Below, piece by piece: positions 1 to 9,997 of a stretch of DNA of 64,000 nucleotides. The first letter of the stretch is position 1. Each line of letters starts with the position of its first letter. The position numbers and the translations under genes were made by a program. The stretch lies in NCBI GenBank assembly GCA_963753345.1, contig CAVWBU010000047.1:1-64000 (forward strand). The letters run 5' to 3'. The notes below the pieces were generated by a model, which was not told where the DNA came from, did not search any database, and saw only the letters and a program-made list of their open reading frames with translations. This DNA comes from an uncultured Fibrobacterota bacterium (GTDB lineage Bacteria; Fibrobacterota; Chitinivibrionia; Chitinivibrionales; FEN-1185).

Positions 1-9
1 AATTCCTTT

Positions 10-612
10 TTGTGTTTTGCCGCCGCGAACCCGGACAGCGCGAACATTGTCCTTCCGAGGCCCCAAATGGACAAGGGCAAACCGCTGATGCAGGCGCTTA
101 AGGCGCGCAAATCAACGCGGGACTTTGGCCCCCAGAAAATTTCCGATCAAGCCCTGTCTGATATGCTCTGGGCCGGCTTCGGCATCAACCGGCCGGAAAC
201 CAATGGAAGGACCGCTCCTTCGGCGATAAACATGCAGGAAATCGACGTGTATGTGATCCTGGAACGGGGGCTGTACCGGTACGACGCCAAGGCCAACATC
301 CTTGTGTGGGTCGTTGGCGGGGACATCCGCGCGCTTGCCGGCAAGCAAGCTTTTGTAAAGGACGCGCCCGTTAACATCATGTTGGTTGCCGATTATTCGC
401 GGATCAAAAAAAGCGGGCAGAACGACGCAAAAAATTACGCGGTTGCCGACGCCTCCTTTATCAGTGAAAACATCTACCTGTACTGCGCCTCGGAGGACCT
501 GGCCACCGTCGTGCGGGCGTCGGTTGATAAACTGGCACTTGCCAAGGCCATGCAGCTACGGCAGGACCAGGAGATAATTTTCGGCCAGACCGTTGGTTAC
601 CCCAAAAAGTAA
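10..612 (+). CDS. Nitroreductase (SagB/ThcOx-like) family protein; may start upstream of the window
   Basis: Motifs LMQALKARKSTRDF, LSDMLWAGFGINR, RTAPSA, ENIYLYCASEDL and QTVGYP are typical of this FMN-dependent family. Confidence 0.85.
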   Translation: MCFAAANPDSANIVLPRPQMDKGKPLMQALKARKSTRDFGPQKISDQALSDMLWAGFGINRPETNGRTAPSAINMQEIDVYVILERGLYRYDAKANILVWVVGGDIRALAGKQAFVKDAPVNIMLVADYSRIKKSGQNDAKNYAVADASFISENIYLYCASEDLATVVRASVDKLALAKAMQLRQDQEIIFGQTVGYPKK

Positions 613-752
613 ATCACAGCCGCACGCTTAGGTTCGCGCCGGCCGTCCGAACCGTCAACGGAGCATATTTTGTCAAGACGGCGCTGCGGGATGGACCATG
701 CGCGGTCATCCCCTATGCGCTGGTCTGCTGAGCGCCGTGCTGGCTGGCGATA

Positions 753-1508
753 TCAGGGCTTCTGGAAATCCTTGAGATAAATTTCCCGCACCTTGAAGTC
801 GCTTGTCGAACTGGCGCTGCCGAAATGAAGAATCCATCTCTGGCAGAGGACTTCCGCCTCGTACGACTGCCCGGAAGTCAGGGCGGACGACGGAATGGTT
901 ACCGGCGATGTCAGGTCCTCCGTTACCGCCATACCGCCTGAACCGTCGACGCTGCTGACTGCCGCAGTCAGATTCGGAATGCCGTTCGCGTCAAGAGGAT
1001 AAATGACAAGCTCGTCGAAATTTCCTTCGGTGGCCCAGGTTGCGTTCGAACCGTCATTGGCAACGGATACGTCGCCGGGCATTATTGCAGAATCGGCATA
1101 GGTTGTGGAACCAACCTGGACCGTGATCGTAACCATGTCGCCGTTCTTGACCGCACTGGCAGGAATTTTATGCTGACTAGTGTTTGAATAGTAGCCCATG
1201 GCCGACGACCAAGAGAGAGGATAGGCGGTGCCGTGAAATACAAAGTTTACCGTGGCCGTGGAATCCTCCACACTGCCTGATTTATAAACGTCAACTGAAC
1301 CAGTGACTGTTGTTTCAGGAGACATTCCAATCGATTGAAGTAGTTTTGTCTGGGCAATGGTCCAGTTAACGGTGGCACTGATGGTAGGGCCCGAACCCGG
1401 GTTTCCGCCGGTCCCCGGCGACGTGGGTGAGGAAGAAGAATTGCTGCAGCCCGAAAATATAATCGCGGCGGCGACGCCGGCACCGAACAGAACACCAAGT
1501 GGCCTCAT
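753..1508 (-). CDS. Hypothetical lipoprotein
   Basis: Hydrophobic leader ending IIFSGC (lipobox), Ser/Gly/Pro linker, AAGGAG RBS upstream. Confidence 0.75.
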   Translation of the reverse strand: MRPLGVLFGAGVAAAIIFSGCSNSSSSPTSPGTGGNPGSGPTISATVNWTIAQTKLLQSIGMSPETTVTGSVDVYKSGSVEDSTATVNFVFHGTAYPLSWSSAMGYYSNTSQHKIPASAVKNGDMVTITVQVGSTTYADSAIMPGDVSVANDGSNATWATEGNFDELVIYPLDANGIPNLTAAVSSVDGSGGMAVTEDLTSPVTIPSSALTSGQSYEAEVLCQRWILHFGSASSTSDFKVREIYLKDFQKP

Positions 1509-1824
1509 GGTTCACTCCTTTGAGAGATTATGTGGAAATGGATTTGTTGACGTGGATGGGAAATCTGATTTCTCCGGTGAGAGTTTCGTCTGGATTTTGA
1601 GGTGAAAGAATCCCGCCAAAAATACCGGAATTTTATTGGGAAATGCAACGTAAATCGGCGATTACAAGTCGGTGCGGGATTGGGTGAAAAATCACGCTCA
1701 AGAATCAGGATTGCAAGGATTGTCGGCCTAGCTTTCCCTTGGGGAAAAAATTGTCTTGCCGGAAGTGCTTGGGCGCTGGTTCTTCGTCAGCCGAGTCTTC
1801 CTCGATCAACGAAAACAGAACTGC

Positions 1825-3750
1825 TCATCGCAGAAAAGAAACCTTTTGACTGAAAATCTGCCCTGCCGCCGTAACCTGCAGAACATAATTGCCCTGCGCA
1901 AGGTGCGCCTCGTTGAAATCGAAGTACGCGCCGCCGTTGCGGCAGTGCATCGCGACACTGCAGCACAGCCGTCCCTGCAGATTGAACATTGACAAACGCG
2001 GCGGCTCGCCCTTTGGGCCGGCCGCATACAAGACCGTTACGATGCCCCGGCTGAAGCGCAGAGAAGGGGCGGCGGCAAGTGCGGCACGGGGGTTGCCGCG
2101 AACCCCTGTAAAAAGCGTGACGACGGTGTCGAATCTCGCTTCGACATCCGTGTTGCAGGCAAACATGGCGAATCTAACCTTGTCGCGGCCGAAACTCGCC
2201 GGTATTTGCATGGATACAGGGCCGGACAGAAGGCCTTCTTTTGCTGCGAGCAAAGAGTCCGACAGGTACTGTGGCAGCGGGTATCCCGCCACCGTATCGA
2301 TGCAGGTGGTGGTTTCCGGATAGGAAATCTCGCATCGGTACTGCAACTGCCCGTTACCTGATGAAGCTTGATTGGGGGACAGGGTGAGCAGGCCGTTCGC
2401 ATCCATTGCAACGGTCGGGGAAAGCGCGGCTTTCTTTTTGAGAAAGGTGAGGGCAGGATCACCAATAATCTGGTACCACGTCATATTATCATCCCTTGAA
2501 AGAGCAAAAGCAGCGGAAACAGCCTGGCCGAGCGAAAGGCGCTCCGTACTTGACGTCTGGGAAAAGAGATCGGCTGCCAGTTTTTCATTGTCGGTGGCAT
2601 ATGTTTCCTGGGTCGCTGCGAAATAGGAAATGCAGCCTCCCGTTGGCTTGAACAGATAGGCCTGGGACATTTGCTGGACCGGTTTGCGGAGGAAATCACC
2701 ATTACTGCAGGAAAAGGAGAAAAACATCGTAGGCGCGGTATCGTTGGTGAACCGCGGGGCATCACTGTTCCTTAAAAAACCTTCGTCGGACAGGGAATCG
2801 GGATGTCCGTGGCCGAAATAGATGCACCACCGGGCCCCGGCATTGACATCCGCGAAATAGGTGTTGCGGGCGTTGTCATGTGAACCGACCGTCGACACCA
2901 CGAATGAAGAGAGGTAGACTTTTCTCTGAAAAAACCCCATCAGGGTCTTGTCCGAAATCGTTTCAGATGCTTCAAGATGCTCTGAGCCGAGGGGATCGAG
3001 ATATGTTCCCTGCATCCTGTCGTCCGCGCAGAGGATTGCATTGTTGCACCAGAGGCTTGCGCTGTTCCTGTTTTCAAAGGAAATCACCTTGTCAACATAC
3101 ACGCTGCATTCCGCTGCGGAGCGGGCCGGGATCCGACCTGCAGAAACCTGGGTCAAATTCGTATTGTAAATCGGGACAAATCGATAGCTGCCTCTAACTT
3201 TCTGGAGAACGCTTGAGTCGTAGGCGGTGCAATAAAGGAAATCCCCGTAATCGACAGATGTGTCGAGCTTGGGACTATTATTATTAACATTAGTAGAAGT
3301 ATCCGCAGACAGGTAACAGGTCGGCATGAGGCCCGCACTCTTGGGAAACGATAGCGAATCGAACCCTGTAATCGACACCGAATCGTCACCCATCAGAACA
3401 AGGTACTTCGGCTTGACGGTCCACTGCTCCAGGGCATAATTCACCGCATACCATATTTCGCCGCACCGGGGAATGGTGTCGCCGGTCGGAAATTCGGCGT
3501 CGAGGGTGGCAAGGTCAACCACCTTGGCATAGGCGACATCGTCGCCGGTGTAGATGTTGCGGAACGCGGCGAGCCGCTCGGCGCTCGCAAGAAACTGGTG
3601 GGGACACACAATCAGGTAGTCGCACGACACCGAAGGGGATTTGAAAACGGAAATGAGCGTGCTTTGCGCGCCAGCGGAGAGTGCGCATACGACAATCAAA
3701 ATTAACGCAGGGGACCATGGGCGCCGGCTGAAGCGCAACAGTTTTGTCAT
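1825..3750 (-). CDS. C25 family (gingipain/PorU-like) cysteine peptidase with T9SS-like C-terminal domain
   Basis: DYLIV, YLVLMGD, GRIPA, YFGHG (His) and FSCSNGDF (Cys) motifs; signal peptide from ATG 3750 after GGAGG; tail MFNLQGR...GNYVLQV...KVSFLR. Confidence 0.85.
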   Translation of the reverse strand: MTKLLRFSRRPWSPALILIVVCALSAGAQSTLISVFKSPSVSCDYLIVCPHQFLASAERLAAFRNIYTGDDVAYAKVVDLATLDAEFPTGDTIPRCGEIWYAVNYALEQWTVKPKYLVLMGDDSVSITGFDSLSFPKSAGLMPTCYLSADTSTNVNNNSPKLDTSVDYGDFLYCTAYDSSVLQKVRGSYRFVPIYNTNLTQVSAGRIPARSAAECSVYVDKVISFENRNSASLWCNNAILCADDRMQGTYLDPLGSEHLEASETISDKTLMGFFQRKVYLSSFVVSTVGSHDNARNTYFADVNAGARWCIYFGHGHPDSLSDEGFLRNSDAPRFTNDTAPTMFFSFSCSNGDFLRKPVQQMSQAYLFKPTGGCISYFAATQETYATDNEKLAADLFSQTSSTERLSLGQAVSAAFALSRDDNMTWYQIIGDPALTFLKKKAALSPTVAMDANGLLTLSPNQASSGNGQLQYRCEISYPETTTCIDTVAGYPLPQYLSDSLLAAKEGLLSGPVSMQIPASFGRDKVRFAMFACNTDVEARFDTVVTLFTGVRGNPRAALAAAPSLRFSRGIVTVLYAAGPKGEPPRLSMFNLQGRLCCSVAMHCRNGGAYFDFNEAHLAQGNYVLQVTAAGQIFSQKVSFLR

Positions 3751-3917
3751 TGAACCCTCCGGGAAGATTTTGTGGCAGGCGCGCAAATCAAGAACAACAC
3801 AATACAAAATACGTGCTTGTCAAAACTTTATTTACTTGTGGTTTTTTTCAGGACGGGCAAGAAATGGATCGAATAATGCTCCGGAGTTTGGACGAGGGTC
3901 GAGGGCCCACAAAATCA

Positions 3918-3943
3918 ACAAGGCATCCTTTCGGATGCCTTGT
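3918..3943 (-). terminator. Probable intrinsic terminator of the GH2 gene
   Basis: ACAAGGCATCC-tttc-GGATGCCTTGT inverted repeat about 25 nt after the stop, followed by a T-rich tract on the minus strand. Confidence 0.55.
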
Positions 3944-3966
3944 CTATCGACCGCTACGGAGCGAAA

Positions 3967-6816
3967 CTACCGCACCAGAAGAACCTGCCTGACAAAGTGT
4001 CCGCCATCCACGTCGAGGCGGACGAACCAAATTCCTGCGCTCGTGGATTTGCCGTTGCCGAGCGTTCCGTTCATCGCGATCGGATGCCAACCGGCCTCGA
4101 CCCTCGCATTGGCCGTCCGTTCGAGGATTCTTCCTCGTGCGTCAAGAATCTCCATCGAAACCAGTGAGGGTCTGCTTATGTAATACCGTACCACGCCGTT
4201 GATGGTCCGGATGTCGAGCGCCGGCATGGTGGAAGCCGCAGGAGCACGCAATGCCGGTCGCACCATGTCAACTATGCCGTTGTTCGGTACCGGAACAACG
4301 GTGAACGATGCGGTGCCGGTGCCGAGGCCGGACGAGGTTGCCGTCACGGTCACCACGCCGGGCGTAAACATCGAGCGTACCGCCACCTTGCACATGCCGC
4401 CTTCGGCCGAAAGGTTGGGGTCGAGCGGCGCATGGTAGCCGAGCGGCTGGCCCGCGGTGACCATCTGATCGCTTCCGCCTCGATAATTGCCGGGCCCGGA
4501 AACGGCAAACGTGACGATGTTGCTTGCCGTGGGGCAGATGATGCCGTTTGCGTCAACCACTTTTGCCAGGATAAGAGCGGCATCGGTGCCGTTGGCCGTG
4601 ATCTGGAAGGTGTCTCCGTTTGCCTGCACCACGGGCGTGTCCACGACCAGAACGATGTGGTCGGGATTGCCCGCGGTCTGTTTCTGATCGGAGCACACAA
4701 TGGTTCCGTTGGCGTCAAGGCCATTCGCAAGAAGCGTTCCGGCTACCCAGGTCACGTTGTCCCAGTAGCATTGGAAGGGCAGTTCGGTGTTGGTATTGTT
4801 GGCGAAAGTATAGTCATCGCCCGTGCCATTCCAGGGATTCGGCGTCTTTTTGCCCAGGCTCGTTCCGTTGAGCAGGAGGTCGACGGTCGCGCAGTTGCTG
4901 AACGCGTTGACCCGGACCGCGCCGCTGCGGTTCCAGTGATGGGCAAGATACACCACGGGTTTAATGGAGTATGGAATCCAGCACGCGGCATACATCTTGT
5001 AAAGCATTTTGGGTATGCGGCTGAAATCCATCATGGAACAGCCGAACGATCTCACCGAATTGCCCGGAGTTCCGTCGGCATATTGCTGGTCCTCGCCCGG
5101 CGTTTCGGCCATGTACCATTGACACATGCCAAAACAATTATCCCCCTTGGCATCCTTCCAGTGCATCAGGTATGCCTGGGCCATCTCGATCTCGTAATCG
5201 TACGCGGCTCTTTGCGAAGCATACATGTTCATGCCGCCCCACGCTTCCGCGCCCCAGGCGGGATTACCCGGGTTGCCGCCCTTGACGCCGATCTCGCATC
5301 CGGTAACTGTGCAGGAGAGAATGTCTTTGGGCCCGTTGCCGTTTCCGCGGACCGATATCACGCGCGGGGACAGCGAGTCCCACGTAGTGCAGATGGTCCT
5401 CAGCGCGTTGCAGGTGTTGGGATCGATATTCCCGTTGCTTACCTCCCATGCGAGAATGGACGGATCATTTCTATCACGTATGACGCCGTCGCGCTGCATT
5501 TCCTCTTTGAGCGTGATTTGGTCCGCGGTCGCGGACCCGGTGGAGAACTGACCCTCGCCTTCGCCGCTCGGCTGCATGAGCATCACCCCCGTGTTGTCGC
5601 ACGCGTAAACGAATCCGGGGCTGCACGCGGAATGGCCCGGCCGCCACAGGTTGCCGCCGCACTTCGTGAGCAGCAGCGCGTCACGATATTCGACTTCCGG
5701 GGGCAGGGCGGTTCCGAGCGCAGGGTAGTCGTAGCGGGCCGACGCGCCGTACAGCAGATGCTTATGCCCATTGATATAAGGGAAGTTGGCGTCCCACGTG
5801 ATCGTGCGTATTCCAAGGGGACTTTTGCATACGTCAACCGTGGTCCCGCCGACCTGCACGATGTGGTACACCGTGTACATGTACGGGCCGCCGAACGTGC
5901 TGTTGTTGGGATACCACAGGTGCGGATTCGTCACCGTGCCGCTCTGATCGAACACCGTGCTCTGCCCCGCGTTGACGGCGCCGCTGCTCGTCTGGGTGAG
6001 CACAACCGTGTTGGTCGCATCCACCACCTTGGTGGTGACCGTAACGTTCTGGGCGGCGGCATTGTCGTTCCTCACGTTTGTCAACATGCGCACCGTTGCC
6101 TGCGAACCGTCGGCCGCGACGCTCGTCGCGGCGACATAGGTGCCCCACTGACTGAGGGTCGAATACGAATTCATCGGAACATGGACCTTGTCGGTGATGT
6201 ACATGAAAACCGGCCGGAATATTCCGCCGTCTTCCGACCCGAACCGGAATACCGTCGAAAAACCGGGATTTTCGAAGAAGCCGCCGTTCTTGCCGACCCG
6301 AACGGCCAGCACATTGTCGCCGCCTCCGAAATTGAGATCGGGAGTAACATCCACAACGAATCCCTGGAAGCCGATGACGTGGGTCGCGGTCGCATCCGCG
6401 GTTACCGCGCTGTTGCCGGGCAGAAACGTACCGTTGATGTACACCTGACAGCCTATGTGCACCCCCTGGAATTCAACGAAAACCTTTCTTCCGGCATAGG
6501 AATTGTCGATGGTAAAATGCTTCCTGTACCATACATTGCTGCCGAACATCGACCCGTCGCCGCCGCCGCTGGCCTGGTTGATAAAAGTATCGGTGTCATT
6601 ATAGGTGTGCGGAATTCCAACATCCTTCCACGCCGCGTCGCTGTACGCAGTGGCCTGTGCGCCGCCGGCCGGATCCGTTTTGGTGAACTTCCAGGGTGAT
6701 GCACCCAGGTTGATGGTCACCCTGTTGCTCGCTTCTCCTGTATACGTTTGCGCGAAACCGGACACGGCGGCCAGCATCGCGACCACCATTGCCCATGCAA
6801 GAATTTTCCCTTTCAT
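3967..6816 (-). CDS. Secreted glycoside hydrolase family 2 (beta-galactosidase-like, DUF4982 domain) with T9SS-like tail
   Basis: WYRKHF, VFVEFQGV, GGIFRPV, HLWYP, GIRTITWD, RDRNDPSILAWEVSN motifs; signal peptide MKGKILAW after GGGAGG. Confidence 0.85.
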   Translation of the reverse strand: MKGKILAWAMVVAMLAAVSGFAQTYTGEASNRVTINLGASPWKFTKTDPAGGAQATAYSDAAWKDVGIPHTYNDTDTFINQASGGGDGSMFGSNVWYRKHFTIDNSYAGRKVFVEFQGVHIGCQVYINGTFLPGNSAVTADATATHVIGFQGFVVDVTPDLNFGGGDNVLAVRVGKNGGFFENPGFSTVFRFGSEDGGIFRPVFMYITDKVHVPMNSYSTLSQWGTYVAATSVAADGSQATVRMLTNVRNDNAAAQNVTVTTKVVDATNTVVLTQTSSGAVNAGQSTVFDQSGTVTNPHLWYPNNSTFGGPYMYTVYHIVQVGGTTVDVCKSPLGIRTITWDANFPYINGHKHLLYGASARYDYPALGTALPPEVEYRDALLLTKCGGNLWRPGHSACSPGFVYACDNTGVMLMQPSGEGEGQFSTGSATADQITLKEEMQRDGVIRDRNDPSILAWEVSNGNIDPNTCNALRTICTTWDSLSPRVISVRGNGNGPKDILSCTVTGCEIGVKGGNPGNPAWGAEAWGGMNMYASQRAAYDYEIEMAQAYLMHWKDAKGDNCFGMCQWYMAETPGEDQQYADGTPGNSVRSFGCSMMDFSRIPKMLYKMYAACWIPYSIKPVVYLAHHWNRSGAVRVNAFSNCATVDLLLNGTSLGKKTPNPWNGTGDDYTFANNTNTELPFQCYWDNVTWVAGTLLANGLDANGTIVCSDQKQTAGNPDHIVLVVDTPVVQANGDTFQITANGTDAALILAKVVDANGIICPTASNIVTFAVSGPGNYRGGSDQMVTAGQPLGYHAPLDPNLSAEGGMCKVAVRSMFTPGVVTVTATSSGLGTGTASFTVVPVPNNGIVDMVRPALRAPAASTMPALDIRTINGVVRYYISRPSLVSMEILDARGRILERTANARVEAGWHPIAMNGTLGNGKSTSAGIWFVRLDVDGGHFVRQVLLVR

Positions 6817-7016
6817 GATCATTGCCTCCCTCAAAAGATTTTTTTCTTTCGCCATTTGCCGCACGGTTTGGATGTGAACGCCGCTTTGCATGCCCCCTTC
6901 CCGAACGTGGTTACAAAACCAGGTCCAACCCAAATCCTCACCTTATGCCTAATAATATAACCAACATTTGCCGATATTGACGGAATACTTGGCTTTTTTG
7001 TCGCCCATCCTTCAAA

Positions 7017-7108
7017 GGGATACATGGGGTTAACCGGCCGACGCGGGAAACGCGACCAAAGGGAACGTTTGAGCCCTGCATTCGGTCATGAGTTGAACCG
7101 CTGGCGGG
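7017..7108 (-). mobile_element. Degenerate attC-like site downstream of vapC
   Basis: L-box pair GGTT[C]AAC / GTTAACC with the canonical extra base, plus inner GACCGA/TCGGCC arms; both R boxes deviate from consensus. Confidence 0.45.
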
Positions 7109-7111
7109 AAT

Positions 7112-7471
7112 TTATTTGTATGCTATTTTCAGCTTGTTTGCAGAGGAAAGTAAAGCTTTGTCGCGAGTATATATTGCACAATTCGAAATCAGGGCGGAAG
7201 CCAAGAGATGAACGTCCACAAAACCCATTCCTGCGCCAAAAAGCCGATGCTGATCGAGAAATGAAAAGAATTCATCTTTCGATATTTCCCGCGTCAAAGG
7301 CAAAGCACTAAGGAGTGATAAAATCAATTTCCTTTGCTTGAAATTTCCGCATGCAAGCTCACCTATGACAAAAGGATGGACTGCAACCTCGTTTTCGTCC
7401 AGTAAAAATTCCAGGTCACTGTCCCCAACGTTAAAATGATCTATCCAGACTGAGGTGTCCACTAAAACCAT
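7112..7471 (-). CDS. vapC: PIN-domain toxin (VapC family)
   Basis: MVLVDTSVWIDH, HPFVIGELACG, GFVDVHLLASA and YTRDK PIN motifs. Confidence 0.9.
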   Translation of the reverse strand: MVLVDTSVWIDHFNVGDSDLEFLLDENEVAVHPFVIGELACGNFKQRKLILSLLSALPLTREISKDEFFSFLDQHRLFGAGMGFVDVHLLASALISNCAIYTRDKALLSSANKLKIAYK

Positions 7472-7472
7472 G

Positions 7473-7667
7473 CTACTTCCCGGTTTTTCGCCGTCGTATG
7501 TACTTGATGCCGTGTTCGCTTCCGCCCAGTTGCGCTAACCGCTTGCTGCTTTCTCTGGAAATGAGAGATTGCAATCCCAGTTTGACTAATGATGTTTTCA
7601 CCTTAATTCCGGTTAAATCAGATGCTTTTTTAAGGATCGCATCATCAATGAGTAACGTTGTTCTCAT
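7473..7667 (-). CDS. vapB: VapB-family antitoxin
   Basis: MRTTLLIDD N-terminus, LAQLGGSE motif, AGGAGG RBS, 1-nt gap to the PIN toxin. Confidence 0.85.
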   Translation of the reverse strand: MRTTLLIDDAILKKASDLTGIKVKTSLVKLGLQSLISRESSKRLAQLGGSEHGIKYIRRRKTGK

Positions 7668-7681
7668 GGTACATCCTCCTT

Positions 7682-7719
7682 ATGCATATAAATATGCATC
7701 AAATAGGCATACGAATCAA
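7682..7719 (-). promoter_or_regulatory. vapBC promoter with palindromic operator
   Basis: Perfect inverted repeat ATGCATAT-AA-ATATGCAT (7682-7699) overlapping a TTGATT-N17-CATATT promoter-like pair. Confidence 0.6.
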
Positions 7720-7781
7720 GGATTTTTGATTTGATTTCATTCCGCTTATATGGAAGGTTTATACAAGTTCTTTTTTCCACT

Positions 7782-9035
7782 TCAAGGTAATGGCGAAACG
7801 AGAACACCGCCGCCATAAGTCCCTGCAAAGATATTTCCGCCGACCACTACAAGGGAAGTGACATTCAGATCCCTCGCGATGAATCCGGGATTTTCCCCAG
7901 TCCAGCTTGTACCTTTATCGGAAGAAAGGACAACACCGCCCTCCCAAGTCCCGGCAAAGATGTTGCTGCCGCTCACTGCAAGACACTGGACATTCATATC
8001 ATTATTCGTGAGACCGGAATTGACGGCAGTCCAAGTTGCGCCGTTGTTGGCAGACAAGAAAACACCGCCGCCATTAGTCCCAGCAAAAATGTTGCCGCCG
8101 CTTACGGCAAGACACTGGACATTACGGTTCGGGAGGCCTATCGCAGTCCAGTTCGTGCCGTTATTGGTAGAAAGGAAGAGACCGCTCACCCAAGTCCCTG
8201 CAAACAGGTTGCCACCGCTTGCTGCGAGACATACAACAAGAGATTCGGGCGGGAACACGGCTGGAAATTGGAGCCCGGAATTGACTGCAGTCCAGTTTGT
8301 GCCGTTGTTCGTAGAACGGAAAACGCCGCCGCCGCTAGTCCCCGCAAAGATGTAGTTGCCACTTGCCGTAAGACACTGAATAGTATCATTTGTGGTGAGG
8401 CCGTTGTTGACCGCAGTCCAACTTGTGCCATTGCTGGTTGAAAGAAAGACGCCACCATCAGTCCCGGCAAAGAGGTTACTGCCGCTCACTGTAAGAGAAT
8501 AGACACTAGTATTTGTGAGGCCGTTATTGACCGAAGTCCAGCTTGTGCCATTATTGGTAGAACGGAAAACACCGCCGTCAGTTCCAGCAAAGATATTACC
8601 GCCGCTCATGACAAGAGAATAGACGCCGGTATTTGTGAGGCCATTGTTGACCGCAGTCCACCAGCATAACACTGTTAGCTCCGCCCCGGAGCTCGTTGCG
8701 TTCGGCAATGTGCCGTTGGAAACGGTTACGGTATATGTCCCCGAATCGGCTGCCTGTACATTTGATATTGTGTAACTCGATGAAGTAGCTCCCGAAATTG
8801 CAGTACCATCTCTGTACCACTGATACAAAAGTGGGGCGGTTCCTGTTGCTGTGACGTTGATCTTCGTGCTTTGACCGATAGCCACCTGCCATGATTGTGG
8901 TTGCGTAGTGATAGTTGGTGCTAAAGGTGCAGGATTTGTGCCCAGGTTGGTGCAAGTGAGAAACATGCCGGAAACGAAAAGGACGGTCAAAAAGGCTGAT
9001 AATACGGTAAGGCCTCTTAATAGTCGAGTAGACAT
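7782..9035 (-). CDS. Lipoprotein with Ig-like domain and 7-repeat beta-propeller (BNR/Asp-box-like)
   Basis: MFLTC lipobox; Ig domain (ITTQPQS...YQWYRDG...DSGTYTV); seven ~41-aa repeats WTAVNxGL...NIFAGT.GGVF.STNNG. Confidence 0.85.
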   Translation of the reverse strand: MSTRLLRGLTVLSAFLTVLFVSGMFLTCTNLGTNPAPLAPTITTQPQSWQVAIGQSTKINVTATGTAPLLYQWYRDGTAISGATSSSYTISNVQAADSGTYTVTVSNGTLPNATSSGAELTVLCWWTAVNNGLTNTGVYSLVMSGGNIFAGTDGGVFRSTNNGTSWTSVNNGLTNTSVYSLTVSGSNLFAGTDGGVFLSTSNGTSWTAVNNGLTTNDTIQCLTASGNYIFAGTSGGGVFRSTNNGTNWTAVNSGLQFPAVFPPESLVVCLAASGGNLFAGTWVSGLFLSTNNGTNWTAIGLPNRNVQCLAVSGGNIFAGTNGGGVFLSANNGATWTAVNSGLTNNDMNVQCLAVSGSNIFAGTWEGGVVLSSDKGTSWTGENPGFIARDLNVTSLVVVGGNIFAGTYGGGVLVSPLP

Positions 9036-9147
9036 AGTGTAGTGCCCTCCTTTTATACGTGATTTAATAATGAAACAAAAAAGGAGTAAATCGTCTTTTC
9101 TTTTTCTGAGATTTGGTCTTTTCCGATTAATTGCCTTTTTATTTGAT

Positions 9148-9284
9148 GCATAACGCCGCGCTAATATGCCTGACTACGACCGCATTTTCCCGCCGCAAAC
9201 CAAGAATCTTTTATGAAGAACCTGCCGCCTGCGAACCAAAGCTGTTTGCAAATACGGAAGGTCATGATTTGGCGCGTTAGGAGC
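9148..9284 (-). mobile_element. Integron attC recombination site
   Basis: Minus strand: R'' GCTCCTAAC (contains the gene's TAA), L'' AAAT[C]ATG[A]CCT ... AGGCATATT, R' GTTATGC; the extrahelical bases read G and T on the bottom strand. Confidence 0.8.
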
Positions 9285-9870
9285 TGTATTTTATTTTTTG
9301 ATAATCCACTTTTGTGAGTCTCTCTTTTGCATCCCCGGTTTCCATTCCAGAGAAATGATCCATTTTGCTTGTGTCTTCAATAGTCAAGTCATTATAACGG
9401 TTAAAATTGTTGGGAACAGTTACGTATACTTTAGTAAAATACAATTTCTTCTTCTTTTTATCGATTCTGAAATTGATAATATTAAAGCGATGTTCACCCC
9501 AGCAAATGTATTGGTTCCCATTTCTTACCTCAAATTTCTCCGGAGGATCTGAAGGCGGTGCTTCTGGAGGGCAAGAAAATGTGTTTTTCCATTCCCCTTT
9601 GAATATTTCTCCTGGTTTACTCATTCTAATATTCTTAATGACTGCAATTGCCGATATGACGAGCGTGTAAGCAATTGCCATCAGAATAATTAATATTGTC
9701 AGTTTGAATAACGAAGGTGGGCAAATGAAATGGAAATGTTCAAATAGATACATTATTCCTATTGATACAATTGACAATGTTATTAAGAATAGTCCAATAA
9801 TAATAGACCATTTTGGCAAGAACATTTCCAGTACGTCAAATAGCTTTTCTTGAATCCAAGAATCTTTCAT
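9277..9870 (-). CDS. AT-rich hypothetical membrane protein (integron cassette ORF)
   Basis: Two N-terminal TM segments; preceded by GTTAGGAGC (9877-9885) and ends inside the attC. Confidence 0.75.
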   Translation of the reverse strand: MKDSWIQEKLFDVLEMFLPKWSIIIGLFLITLSIVSIGIMYLFEHFHFICPPSLFKLTILIILMAIAYTLVISAIAVIKNIRMSKPGEIFKGEWKNTFSCPPEAPPSDPPEKFEVRNGNQYICWGEHRFNIINFRIDKKKKKLYFTKVYVTVPNNFNRYNDLTIEDTSKMDHFSGMETGDAKERLTKVDYQKIKYSS

Positions 9871-9997
9871 TTTATTGCTCCTAACAGGTATTATAAACCG
9901 TCTTCCATAATATTCTCATCCCGTCAGTACCGATAATACAATAACCATACTGGAAATACTGGAATGATACTCCGCCGCAGTCAGTTCATCATCGACC

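Noticed and set aside
4432-6699. 755-aa + strand ORF, and similar long antisense ORFs (13564, 26688, 41337, 60254)
   Set aside because: They lie opposite well-supported genes and have no motifs; typical high-GC shadow ORFs
7782-8660. ~125-bp periodic repeats as a CRISPR array (also 19885-20730 and 56400-57250)
   Set aside because: They are in-frame protein repeats with synonymous variation; no unique spacers and no cas genes
7693-9152. 13-bp inverted repeat TATGCATCAAATA (7693-7705 / 9140-9152) as transposon ends
   Set aside because: One copy overlaps the TA operator and the other the attC R' box; AT-rich, no target duplication or transposase, so chance cannot be excluded
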